Virus record (IMG/VR): IMGVR_UViG_3300047160_018490
Location: 1 to 64,000 of that record
Source of the DNA: a virus
Lineage: Duplodnaviria > Caudoviricetes
DNA: 64,000 nucleotides
Reading direction: 5' to 3' (one strand)
Part shown: one piece after another, positions 55,901 through 62,985 of the stretch
Layout: each line of letters starts with the position of its first letter
Position numbering within the stretch: the stretch's first letter is position 1
Notes under the pieces: generated by a model
Seen by the model: only the letters and a program-made list of their open reading frames with translations
Database searches by the model: none
What the model was told of the DNA's origin: nothing
Translations under genes and position numbers: made by a program

Positions 55901-56131
55901 GTTCTCCTCTGGAGCTGGTGTCCTCCGGTGGCCGCCTTGGTTCACGTTTGCCTTGTCCTCATCCTCGTAGCTCTCATCGAGCTGCCTGGCTGCTTCCCTT
56001 GCAGCATCCTGCCCCCAGCGTGCAGGAAAGACCATGCTCTCCCCCATATAATGCAGGGCCGTCCTCCAGACCTCCCAGCGCCCTGCTTCCTGGTTGTAAC
56101 GAGGCTCATAGGTAGGAGATGCTTCACTCAT
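46964..56131 (-). CDS. giant acidic tandem-module protein (3055 aa), putative processed internal head polyprotein
   Basis: about 26 family-A modules (YEV...Y.V.R[ST]..HP...T.EEA..A) and about 8 family-B modules, separated by ALEGxVEK/EEEK linkers; ATGA coupling to the protease gene. Confidence 0.85.
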   Translation of the reverse strand: MSEASPTYEPRYNQEAGRWEVWRTALHYMGESMVFPARWGQDAAREAARQLDESYEDEDKANVNQGGHRRTPAPEENALEGSVEKSFYEVRPHAGGYGVFRTANHPWNATSMVGEHGDSPLARFHLEEDARHYAGRWERRLTDELGQNQGLPVNQPPHIQQYSLEGSIEKAGATPEEVATALEKLPQFYEPYEVEGEGWRVRRSQEHPYAPSRGEDLGMGPYSTQEEAGERARTISDIYRLGATRYQNMDTSRLGREQGLPPTPLVQHSLSGWVEKDTGVPPLYEVRSRGERHEVWRTSQHPYGEARITHFQDPEQAEADAQERTRRFARSRSIETDWAGQSQGLPYTPPVQHALEGGVQKDEGTPEPPSYYEVHEGRRQGQFEVRRSATHPGGDAGMVIIGGLEEGSAHDMARELTASEVRMQTERLGMGQGLPAYEENALEGSVEKDLSPHYFYEVHQRPAGNYDVWRSSYHPKGRLSSPESPDHTTQGLAEEEAQRLHDQTHRTLMERMDLEDALEGVEKALQRPYYRIVQNPGGKLYLLYRTEHHPMGEGITPFRPNTLEEQQERADRLQDAVDGWYKEGKNRGVNVPDIEENSLGGQTEPSEGTYGSIVYQGEEVEKNYSHYLVLPTPEGGYGVYRSGRHPYGPHGPDEAPLSTHASHEDAWIAAGQRQYDLWRGEEEPGISDIPLQVEENSLSGGVEKGKEEESTGATAPYVPPIEDKPSGKWSVEHDPDMGHFQVVSPSGVRHSHLSFLDHGEARDWARHMESLGPEYDDAPRGTGNPREHPFSMLPPGERIARGLEERVEKQGPWYEAREDEDHPTFWSVYRTAHHPWGRPGMRVNTYLLGSREEAQSLVEDTTESIKDRALHHPPPQYLQAALSSGVEKGFFEVKPYQEGYGIFRTESHPFFQSGDQTIPVGPTRYDTEEDALDGAQDLEKVRTDDLGHGHGLPVTHALSEGVEKGYRYFHVRQTPEGRWGVYRSEHHPYATPGLMSYPLTTRDSREEASAEAGLRQLEWSRNEDPEQWDAPQHHEDALSSGVRKDRPPWYKIVERPNVPGTHDIWRTDEHPLGGRDHQGKPIWGGGPYTSTQEAQEVIDRIQAQLAENVSLRTEDIHRRNEEEKGFHDKPYYGVRDENGRPRIFRTPDHPNIHQYPSDRVPHRHLTPEEARELARDMHEDTVQSRMDQATWEESQKVAGGSVSKDTSPPWFTVQQNEDDPERYDLHYSEHHPHGRAGRYSGFGGYTSHEEAAAGARWATQHARQQEATRRHYANLVSQQRTEAANIPAEEENALSGAVEKSFYHVQESEENPGTFDVIPTMFHPEGRDARSLTGYRTQHEAETIAHIAEENLLETIWAPNKEMKKQNHPWWRVEEDPHIPGAYQIVRTEQHPLGQAGLRTGGFRTPEEAHRQVEQFAENSLDELAMQDRHAEENRQWVRDTEGTPPRYQMEPEREEKALDPKTGEKMEPFYELREHPSIEDFDALYRTGSHPEGGRGRLASHLHPHWEAEDMARDYQEAAHQRIMSGELQGPDNPRVNLPAPEEKDSTEDPLTGQDEPLYEARRTGIEHLPYEIVHARTGRHVYYAATPEEVRYCTSQLNWRHGSMGVVDETPHPSEKDANQADMEAGRGTPGEIDRTGIPPETNPGEGSDIETGDTPELEVEKKVDVIYRPGRTVYPYLVRHTRANGEVWFTSSHQTQAEAEAEAEKVREFEKWGDQTEVPEDESGTIAEKKCKRLWDRLQRRKQSLHWRVVPNEDGTHSLVDPDGNRDVGRYELEEAQQRADELNAHADRYTDNPGRGHWTGEQYFQAWDQGKEEKAVDPKTGKRVQGVAYRFLVGHNPDLNHPYENRVSPIPREKAEGGEESPGHFYVRPSEEQPELYQVASRRTGVGWSLHCTQAEAEEEAERQNQRAQESINRMAHLSPNCTPLNPAEEEKDLEGEEIRKPNVEHPHHYHTERMERCIADLEAEGADAGKAHRVCYSSLEEAGEKPNKGLEGVEEKADPKTGELRFYETRLSPVRPGRYSVYRTREHPAFHSHGEGPVTGPMTEEYAGGIARNYESMYEDPDLHLPPEEEENALEEGVEKAPKVEGEEEQGAVVTANPGHPYWDVEPTEEGAHAVTPSEHHPLRRNIENPQNPLPPHQTAEEAHAHARRLQEGMWATMTGTARARRGRGVQNRPARNEQLPGIEGKAIHDLRTGRPATWYHMVEREDEPGTFDVHRSPQHPAGMTHDPVFVAQNIDEANDWIGDMHYQLAHSAGYRRLDAEKGVQKQPEGNPAITANPGAPYYEARPHHEQPGRYGVYPTEFHPHFGPEGTFDPEHPYFFGSAGDHDTLAEAQAHADELNRGRTINEAEDAPLRPPAHIRPGINEQIPGIGEKVAPQYRRLKARLERRKEEGQPFRRAPDEVWESERRYREDRGSGSGRKWENLTQGQRDLVPGMVRDPGFHPSEQSEIQEYPEWEPLEEEKAPRSHDEAWESARRRGTTGLHWRDLNQNLRDYYAGLRQHTGYVDPYDEDTPPEEEEGEGERGSPLGENEPPEWAYPEEEEKAPRTPDERYQTSRHQSQERYGRTGSEGRPWEGLSQSTRDRQATRYAHEEDEGPHRAEATVVSDFEEEKAPRSLDDWYESFRRRHPIGYFGPREPWEEISQTGRDVLQGVSPETGFHPEPAHHSEHPSHLEYPEWEEYQPGEHERFLEEGKASITPDEVWETHRRHDIDREALNPGVHVRPTWSEMSQGYHEGCRHPLPTPRHHSEASEDEEYPEWEEHTPGPFEREEYYEGVEDEEKQSSNPPPRSPEERWESHRRYWEEQHPQHPLTPWEGLSQGERQSNRQYFQMVGDPGPHPSEHTVEPEEEEKAAHDPYYEAWEHDARNPKPPTSEPYWEEWEHPPSSSPGEKVDPYWEEWEKAEGEEEEEHLPAETPYNDPSERYGRASEYLAEHYPEIGPGAAWDRMPQGERGHIADLYSHLPHGALFGEGGEEEENALEGDVEKQPEEEYHNDAEPDPMTRWENARAAHPIQDPNHPNYPRPWHELTQEARTSIAAFYEHLPHGYLYGEE

Positions 56132-59100
56132 ACCCCTATCCTCCTTGCGAGGGCCTCGATGCGATGGAGGAGTTCAGGAGAGAAGGCTTTATCAGATGGC
56201 TTTGGGGTTTCTCTGTACTGCCGGTTGTGACGCTCCACCCAGTCCAGGAGCCCACCCAGGTGACTCGACTGTGACCACAAGGCTTCACCACTGGGCCTGT
56301 GGATGATCTGGTAGAGGCCACTCAGGTGAGACTCCTCATGGGGACGCACCTCGTAAATGTCCTCTGGGTCCTCTACCCAGGTAATATCTTTGGGGTCCAC
56401 CTTCTCTATGCTCTTCTCCTCCTCCACCTCTCTCTGAAGGCTCCTGATGGTTGCGCCTGGGCCCTGGGGGATTTCCTCTGCCCGCAGAGGTCTCCTTCTT
56501 GGGGCGCCTCCTCCTGCTTGCGGTAGAGGAGGAGGAAGAGAAGCAGGAGAAGGAGGTGGAGTCTTCTCTGGGGCGCGCCTATTCGTGTGCAGGAGGAGGT
56601 TACTCGCTGCCTGGTTGTGCAAGTGGCTTACGTAGGAGTTGGCCCTATCCAGGGTGTCAGTCCTTACAGCCGGCTCATCACTGGCGCCCATAGGGTGATG
56701 TTCACTCCGGTGAATCCCGTACCCACCTTCTGGGTGGTCCCTTACCTCGTAGTAGGGCATCTCCGGTGGCCCTGGCTTCGATGCTGTGGACGGTTGTGGA
56801 GGCTCTTCTCCCTGACCCGCGCCCACGTCAAAGGGCGCGTCCTCAGGGTTCTGATGCACGAGCGCTGTGGGCTTGGCTGGACGGCGGGGTAGTGGTGGCG
56901 GTCCCTTCTGCAAGCTCTTCATGGTCTCTGCCTCTGTAGTGAGCTTGTTTGCCAGGGCCCTCTGGAGGCGGTCCCTGTTCTCTTCTGCTCTGTACCAGTC
57001 CGTCCACGCTCCTACGGGTGGGCCACCAGTAGGGGGTGCTCCTGAAGGGTGATTGGAGGTCCTGAAGACCCCGAAGCGGTCGTTCTCCGTGGGATGGGGG
57101 AGGACCTCATAGAGGGCGGGGAAGTCCTTCTGGATGGCCTTGTGGTACTCGGCGGTATCGGCTGTCTCATCAACGTAATTGGCATGGAGTCCCCTGGCAA
57201 ATCGGTGAGCCTCCTCTTCCGTTCCCGTATCTAGGATCGGATACCCCTCTCCAACACCGTAGGGGTGGCTTTCCGTGCGGTAGACACCAAACTTACCATT
57301 CTTCATAGGGCGGACCTCATAGTAGAGGGCCTTCCTGGCTGCCTTATGCTCTTCCTCCCGGACAGTGCGCAGGTTCATGTAACGGGCGTGCATTGCGCGG
57401 GCATACTCTGCAGCCTGTGCCTCATGATCCGTCTGATAGACCGGCGCCTCTTCAGGACCCCAAGGGTGAGTGTCTGTACGATAAACTCCATACAGGGGAG
57501 GGTCATCATTGGTAGAGCGGACCTCGTAGATGAGTTTCTTCCTCACTCCCTTTTCAGGAGTAGACTCTCCTCCCTCCCATGCCCGCAGAGTGCCTGGGGC
57601 GTCCCAGTAGGCACAGCAATTCCTCTTGTTGACTGGCTGACCCTTGATGCGCTTCTCCTGGCAGATGCCGCCCTGGTTGTACTGGCAGTTACCGCAGTTG
57701 CTGCCCTCCACTCCTTCCCCGTAGGTGATGAAGTCCGCCGCCTGTAGAGCTTCAGAGGAGACCTGGGGAAGCTCGCCACCCTGGGTATCGAGGGCCTTCC
57801 TCGTTTCACTTGGAGAGCCTTCGGCGGACTTCCCGATCTCGTCAAGGATAGCGTGTGTATCTAGATAGCGAGCATGAAGACGCCTGGCTTCTGCGTAGGC
57901 TTCCTCCTCCGAGTGTGTTTCATAGATGGCATAAGGGTACTGCTGCTGCTGCGGGTGGCTTGGCGAGCGGTGGACTCTGTAAAGGGTAGAGCCCTCATCA
58001 GGAGGCCGCACCTCGTAGATGAGGGCCTTCTCCACCACATCCTTCTTGCAAGGGCATGCCTTCCCCCTGGAGCAATTCTTGCAGCCGCAGGAGCCCTTGA
58101 AATGTTTTGGAATGCGGTGGAGGAACCCTGGATTGTTCTCTGAGTGCTCTCCTACAGGGTCCTCGCTCTCTTCAGGATGGGGAATAAGATCCTCTGGAGG
58201 GTCTATACCCTGAAGTGCTTCCCCAAACGTGGGAGACCTTGTGTCACCTTCCAGCCTGGCCAGTTCCCGAGAACGCCGAGCTATCCTAGCCTCCTCGGAT
58301 GCAGAGGTATACTGAGGATCATATACCCAGTCTCTTGGGTGTCCGGACCCGAAAGCCCATTCCCTTTCATCTGTGGCAAAACCTTCTGGGGTGTATTCGT
58401 TATGATGAGGTCCCACCCCTTCTGGCCTGTCTGCCTTTCTTAAACCTTTCTTGTCCTCTCCAGAAGTAGGAGGGTCCACATCACCTTCCAGCACCTCTCT
58501 CGCTTGCATCTCCCGAGAACGCTGATTGATGCGAGCCCTTTCACTAGCCATGCTGATTGGGGGAATATCGTGGCGCCATTCCTCTGGATTGGGGCCATAG
58601 GGAGGGTGCCAGTCCCAATCTTCCTCATGCTCACCAACAGTGCCCCATTCCGGGTCGTGCTCTGGCCTCCCTATCTCGTTGGGGTCTGGCTCAGGCTCAG
58701 AGGCCGCCTTCTCCTCGGGACCCTCTATCTTGTCCAGGTCCTCGGCCCTTCGGTTGATCCTCTCCATCTCCTCTTCAGGAGTACCCTTGGGATCACGCTG
58801 CCACTGGTGAGAAGAGGACTCTCCGTAATCCCTGCTGGCCCGATCTGCGGTTGCCTGTGCCTGCTCCAGAGTAGTGCCAGGTGGCTGAGGTATGTCGTGT
58901 CCATACTCAGTGTGTCTGATGTAGGTCCCGCCATTTGGGTACTGCCCCGCAGCCCAGCGCCCCTTCTGGAGGTCCTTCTCCTCCTCCTCGATGGGTCTCC
59001 CCTGCTCGTCTGTATCTTCCACAGCCCTCAGTGTCCCTGAGAGACGGTTTATCCTCTCCGTCTCTGCTTCATGAGTGGTGGGTGGTGCATTCCCCCCAAT

Positions 59101-62100
59101 GAACTCGAATGCTCCAGCCATGTGCCTCTGGTTCCCGCGATCTGCCTGCTGTTCTGCGGCTTCCTGGTTGGCAATGCCCTCATGGACTCGATTGCCAGTG
59201 TAGGTGTCCTGTATGTACCACTGGCCGGTGCCATCGTTGTAGGGTTGAGCCCTGTAGCGAGGAGCCTTTCTCACAGCCTTCTCCTCGGGCTCACTTTCAT
59301 CCAGCTCCTCTGAGTGGCGTGCAACCCTCTCTGCCTCCTCCTGGGGACTACTCAATGGCTCTCCCTGCCAGGAGGAGGCCGGGTGAGATTCCATCTCGTG
59401 GAGCTTGTTAGCCCTGTCTGCACTGGCCTGGGCTGCCTCTCTCCCTCCTGGGTGAGGGTGGTTCCAACCTGTGTGTGAGTCATGGATGACAGTCCCGTGC
59501 CGCGGGTGGTCCTGAACTATGTAACGCTGCTTCTCTACCACCCCTCTCTCAAAAGGGGAGGGGCCCTCTCTTCTCCCTCTCTTCAGGCCCTTCGCCATCA
59601 CCCCAGGGTAGCCCAGCCTTCCTCTCTCCCCGCGAGAGCGAAGGGGGTTGTAGTTGCTGCCCTCCAGTTGCAGCCTCGTGATGAGTTCCTTCTGCTCCTC
59701 CACCTTCTTGAGGGCCTCCATGAGGGCCTTCTCAGGAGGTAGCCCATCGTGCTCTGAGAGGGACTCAGCAAACTTGGCAAGCTCGTAGCAGTGTGCTCCG
59801 GAATAGCCTTCCGTCTTCGCCACCGCATGAGAGAGATGTTTAGGTGTGACCTTGGGCAGCCACTTCCTCAGCATCTCACTCCTGGCCTTCACCGTGGGGA
59901 GCCCAAACTCCAGCACGTCATGGAACCTCCCAGGGCGGTCAATGAGGGCATCTGGAAGGGACTCAGGGAAGTTGGTCGTTAGTACGGTAAGGACACCCTT
60001 GCTCCTTGCAATACCGTCCATCTCCGTCTTGAGGAGGTCGATGGTGGTGGGGTGAAGCCAGTTGTCAACGTCCTCCATGCAGATGATGGCCGGTGCCAGT
60101 TCCTTCGCCATCTCGAAGGCACTACCAATACCACCTACACTCCCAGCGGCGTGGAAGTCCCTGCTAGAGATCCAGATGAACGTGCCCTTGCTCTTGTTGC
60201 GCAGCACCCGCGAGGACATCGTCTTGCCAGTGCCTGGAGGGCCGGTAAGGATCACGCCTCTGTTGGCAAAGAGGATGCCCTTCTCATTGAAGAGATCCAA
60301 TGTCCTTCTAAGGGAGGTCTTGTTGTGCTCCTCCAGGAAGACATCGTCCCAACCCTCCTCCGTGCGGGGGAGAAACTCCCCTGAAAGAGAGAAGGCTTCT
60401 CCTTTGAGGAAGTTATTCTCCCTCGCCCAGGTCCATGCTTTATCAATCACCTCCTGAGAGATGGGAGCTTCCTGAAGTCTGGTAAAGGCAGTCACCTTCA
60501 GCCCGTTCCAGGTGGGCTCGAACTTCAGGACGAACTTCTCTCCACTACCTCGAAAGGCGTTGTGAGGCCCTCTACCTTTCTCCTGGTAGAGAGGGCTTCT
60601 TCCCAGGATGCCCTTCCTGATCTGCAATGGCATGCCCCTCTTGATAGGAAGCATCCCCTCGAAGAAGGCTGTCCCCTGCACGAGGAAGGTATCTCTTTGG
60701 GTGGAGTTGAGCTGGATGGTCTCGTAGACAGGGGGCGCCTCCATGCCCTTGCTCTGGTAGCCCTCCTGGAAGTTCCTCACCTCTACCAGCTTGTACCCAG
60801 AGACTGCGTGCTTGAGGCCAGTGAGGAAGGAGCCCAGTCTGGGAGAGGGAATGAGGGCGGTGTTCTGGACGAGGTCCTTTATCTCACATCCCAGGTACTT
60901 GGCCGCCACCCGGTAGATGACAGAAGCACCCACAGGAGGGGCATCCTCCATCTCCACTCCTGTATCGAAGGAGTCGAAGATAGAAGGGAGGGCCTTGTTC
61001 CAGCGCTCCCTTTTCCTTACCTCTCTCCCGGGGGAAATAGCATGCTCATGGTGTGGCTCATCACCCCAGTTGTACTCCTCTTCCTCCTCGGGGTCGAAGT
61101 GAGACATCCCCCCTTCCATTGCATCACTGGCACAGTCGTCACAGAAGTGCGCCTGGTCACTGGGCTCATCGTACTGGGGGTTGTACATGCGGGTGGTAGC
61201 AGGCCGGGTGCAGGCTCCTGAATGGTGGGGGCAGCCTGGGTCGTCACACTCGCAGGTTCCGAGGTTCTCATGTTCAGGAGTGTGTTGACCTCTGGAGCGC
61301 AGGAGTTGCTCCTCACCCTCGATGGGGATGGCGCCCTTCTCTACCTGCTTCTGAATGCAGGAAGAGGGGGAAGACTCCTGACCTTTCGTAACGATGGTGC
61401 TGCAAGGGACGCAGACGCCGCTGGGAGTCTCGCACCATCCATTCCAGCAACCAGATGCCTTTGCACAGTAGGGGAGCCACGCCTTCTGAAGCCTGGGAGA
61501 CATCCAGACCTTCTCCTGGTCATAAGCGTCCCTGATGGCTCCCTGGTTGCTTCCTACCCCTACCACAGACCATTCTGTAACGTCATACCTCTTGAAGAGC
61601 CACCCAGGCGGCATGAGAGGAGGATGCTGCGGGTGGGCCTTCCCGCTATCGAAGTCCTTCAGACCATAGTGCTCTCCTCGCTCCCTCCTGTAGGCTTCGA
61701 TGGGCACGAAGGCGATGCTGGCAGCGGAGAGTATCCTTCTCTTCACCTTGCCATAGATGAAGTCCGCATCCGGATCAGCGCGATCAAAGTAGCCTACTGC
61801 ACGTATCCGGTTCTCTTCAGGATAGACAGTGATGCGCCCATCGGGGGAGCGAGATACTCCAATAGGGATCTCCCACCCCTGCTGCTGGTGGCCGAAGAAG
61901 ATGACCGGGTTGCGTGCGTAGTTCTCCAGTTGGGCGCCCAGAGGCACCACCACGTCACCATCCCTATCCTCATCCAGGTTGGTGATGACGAAGGGGATGC
62001 TGCCTTCGTCATCGTTTGCTTCCCCTGGGAGAGCAGCTCCTGGAGTAACGAGGCCGAGGGTGTTTTCCTTCCCAAGCTGGACCCAGGAGTAGGCGGAGAG

Positions 62101-62235
62101 GGCCTTGGGAAGGGAAATGACCCCCCTCCGCGTCATCTCCTGGAGGGAGGTGTAGCGGTCCTGAACCTTGTCAATGACTGGGTGGAGGATAATAGGAGAG
62201 CCCTCAAGGAGAAAAGTGGGCAAAGAGGCTCGCAC
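56128..62235 (-). CDS. HK97-type prohead protease fused to AAA+ ATPase and repeated cargo-like modules (2035 aa)
   Basis: VITNLDEDRDGD, NPVIFFGH, AASIAF, EWSVV...N (protease His/Ser); GPPGTGKT, ICMEDVD, TTNFPESLPDALIDRPGRF (AAA); start codon uncertain. Confidence 0.9.
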   Translation of the reverse strand: MRASLPTFLLEGSPIILHPVIDKVQDRYTSLQEMTRRGVISLPKALSAYSWVQLGKENTLGLVTPGAALPGEANDDEGSIPFVITNLDEDRDGDVVVPLGAQLENYARNPVIFFGHQQQGWEIPIGVSRSPDGRITVYPEENRIRAVGYFDRADPDADFIYGKVKRRILSAASIAFVPIEAYRRERGEHYGLKDFDSGKAHPQHPPLMPPGWLFKRYDVTEWSVVGVGSNQGAIRDAYDQEKVWMSPRLQKAWLPYCAKASGCWNGWCETPSGVCVPCSTIVTKGQESSPSSCIQKQVEKGAIPIEGEEQLLRSRGQHTPEHENLGTCECDDPGCPHHSGACTRPATTRMYNPQYDEPSDQAHFCDDCASDAMEGGMSHFDPEEEEEYNWGDEPHHEHAISPGREVRKRERWNKALPSIFDSFDTGVEMEDAPPVGASVIYRVAAKYLGCEIKDLVQNTALIPSPRLGSFLTGLKHAVSGYKLVEVRNFQEGYQSKGMEAPPVYETIQLNSTQRDTFLVQGTAFFEGMLPIKRGMPLQIRKGILGRSPLYQEKGRGPHNAFRGSGEKFVLKFEPTWNGLKVTAFTRLQEAPISQEVIDKAWTWARENNFLKGEAFSLSGEFLPRTEEGWDDVFLEEHNKTSLRRTLDLFNEKGILFANRGVILTGPPGTGKTMSSRVLRNKSKGTFIWISSRDFHAAGSVGGIGSAFEMAKELAPAIICMEDVDNWLHPTTIDLLKTEMDGIARSKGVLTVLTTNFPESLPDALIDRPGRFHDVLEFGLPTVKARSEMLRKWLPKVTPKHLSHAVAKTEGYSGAHCYELAKFAESLSEHDGLPPEKALMEALKKVEEQKELITRLQLEGSNYNPLRSRGERGRLGYPGVMAKGLKRGRREGPSPFERGVVEKQRYIVQDHPRHGTVIHDSHTGWNHPHPGGREAAQASADRANKLHEMESHPASSWQGEPLSSPQEEAERVARHSEELDESEPEEKAVRKAPRYRAQPYNDGTGQWYIQDTYTGNRVHEGIANQEAAEQQADRGNQRHMAGAFEFIGGNAPPTTHEAETERINRLSGTLRAVEDTDEQGRPIEEEEKDLQKGRWAAGQYPNGGTYIRHTEYGHDIPQPPGTTLEQAQATADRASRDYGESSSHQWQRDPKGTPEEEMERINRRAEDLDKIEGPEEKAASEPEPDPNEIGRPEHDPEWGTVGEHEEDWDWHPPYGPNPEEWRHDIPPISMASERARINQRSREMQAREVLEGDVDPPTSGEDKKGLRKADRPEGVGPHHNEYTPEGFATDEREWAFGSGHPRDWVYDPQYTSASEEARIARRSRELARLEGDTRSPTFGEALQGIDPPEDLIPHPEESEDPVGEHSENNPGFLHRIPKHFKGSCGCKNCSRGKACPCKKDVVEKALIYEVRPPDEGSTLYRVHRSPSHPQQQQYPYAIYETHSEEEAYAEARRLHARYLDTHAILDEIGKSAEGSPSETRKALDTQGGELPQVSSEALQAADFITYGEGVEGSNCGNCQYNQGGICQEKRIKGQPVNKRNCCAYWDAPGTLRAWEGGESTPEKGVRKKLIYEVRSTNDDPPLYGVYRTDTHPWGPEEAPVYQTDHEAQAAEYARAMHARYMNLRTVREEEHKAARKALYYEVRPMKNGKFGVYRTESHPYGVGEGYPILDTGTEEEAHRFARGLHANYVDETADTAEYHKAIQKDFPALYEVLPHPTENDRFGVFRTSNHPSGAPPTGGPPVGAWTDWYRAEENRDRLQRALANKLTTEAETMKSLQKGPPPLPRRPAKPTALVHQNPEDAPFDVGAGQGEEPPQPSTASKPGPPEMPYYEVRDHPEGGYGIHRSEHHPMGASDEPAVRTDTLDRANSYVSHLHNQAASNLLLHTNRRAPEKTPPPSPASLPPPLPQAGGGAPRRRPLRAEEIPQGPGATIRSLQREVEEEKSIEKVDPKDITWVEDPEDIYEVRPHEESHLSGLYQIIHRPSGEALWSQSSHLGGLLDWVERHNRQYRETPKPSDKAFSPELLHRIEALARRIGV

Positions 62236-62292
62236 GGACGCAGGCGAGCGCAGCGAGGCTCTATCACTCTACGGGCTGAAGATGGGTGGCGT

Positions 62293-62532
62293 CTACGCTT
62301 TCTTCCTCATCACCACCTTGGGCCCACTCTTGCTGGGAGATCTCTCTTTGCAAGAAGGGCACTCAGCGTAGGGGCATCCCTCCCAGAAGGGCATATCTTT
62401 TCCTTGCTGAGGAGTGGGCGCAGGAGTCACCTCCCTCCTGGGGAGGAAGAAGGTTTGCTTGCAGACGTGGCAGACCCCGAAGAGGATCTCCTCAGGGTCT
62501 GCATCTTCAGGAGGTTTGCGTGGGAGGAGCAA
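62293..62532 (-). CDS. small CxxC Zn-ribbon protein
   Basis: CHVC and CPSC. Confidence 0.5.
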   Translation of the reverse strand: MLLPRKPPEDADPEEILFGVCHVCKQTFFLPRREVTPAPTPQQGKDMPFWEGCPYAECPSCKERSPSKSGPKVVMRKKA

Positions 62533-62707
62533 AGATGTGATCCTTGAAGTGCTCGTCCAGATAGGTAGAAGCCTGCTCCTTTACACGCACTCTCTCTGTC
62601 TCCGTCAGGATTCTCCCACACTCTCCACAGGAGAAGTGGTCAATGAGAATGACACTCCTGGCGGCCTGGAAACACTTGCAGTAAGGACAGTAGAAGTAGG
62701 TGGTCAT
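62507..62707 (-). CDS. small CxxC Zn-ribbon protein
   Basis: CPYC and CGEC; ATG 62707 in ATGA overlap after GGAGG. Confidence 0.55.
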   Translation of the reverse strand: MTTYFYCPYCKCFQAARSVILIDHFSCGECGRILTETERVRVKEQASTYLDEHFKDHIFAPPTQTS

Positions 62708-62985
62708 AACGCCTCCCCACAAGGGTCTGCGAGAGGGTATGCCTTCAGGAAGCGTAGGGCGTCATTCACACTCTCGAAGTATCGCAGCTTGGGACCATCG
62801 AATACCAGCCCATTCTCCATGCCCAGGGAGACGAACCAGCGGGGCTTCTCACCTTCTTCCATCTTCTTCTTCCTGCGGCCTACCTTGCTCTGGAAGATAA
62901 CCGGACCCTGGAGCCTGTAGGGCCCAGGACAGAGCCAGTAGGTGCCATAGGCGTCTGGTTCAGGAGTGGCGTTAGGTAGAAGCAC
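62704..62985 (-). CDS. hypothetical protein
   Basis: GTG start; operon context. Confidence 0.5.
   Translation of the reverse strand: MLLPNATPEPDAYGTYWLCPGPYRLQGPVIFQSKVGRRKKKMEEGEKPRWFVSLGMENGLVFDGPKLRYFESVNDALRFLKAYPLADPCGEAL

Noticed and set aside
46964-62235. CRISPR array or DGR template/variable repeats as the source of the modules
   Set aside because: No identical-length DNA repeats with spacers, no near-identical pair differing at adenines, and no reverse transcriptase or cas genes in the window
56128-62235. Intein as the explanation for the oversized protease gene
   Set aside because: No Cys/Ser...His-Asn splice-junction motifs or LAGLIDADG blocks recognised
48791-62547. Several long plus-strand ORFs (e.g. 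48791-49924, 61222-62547)
   Set aside because: Shadow frames of the giant minus-strand genes
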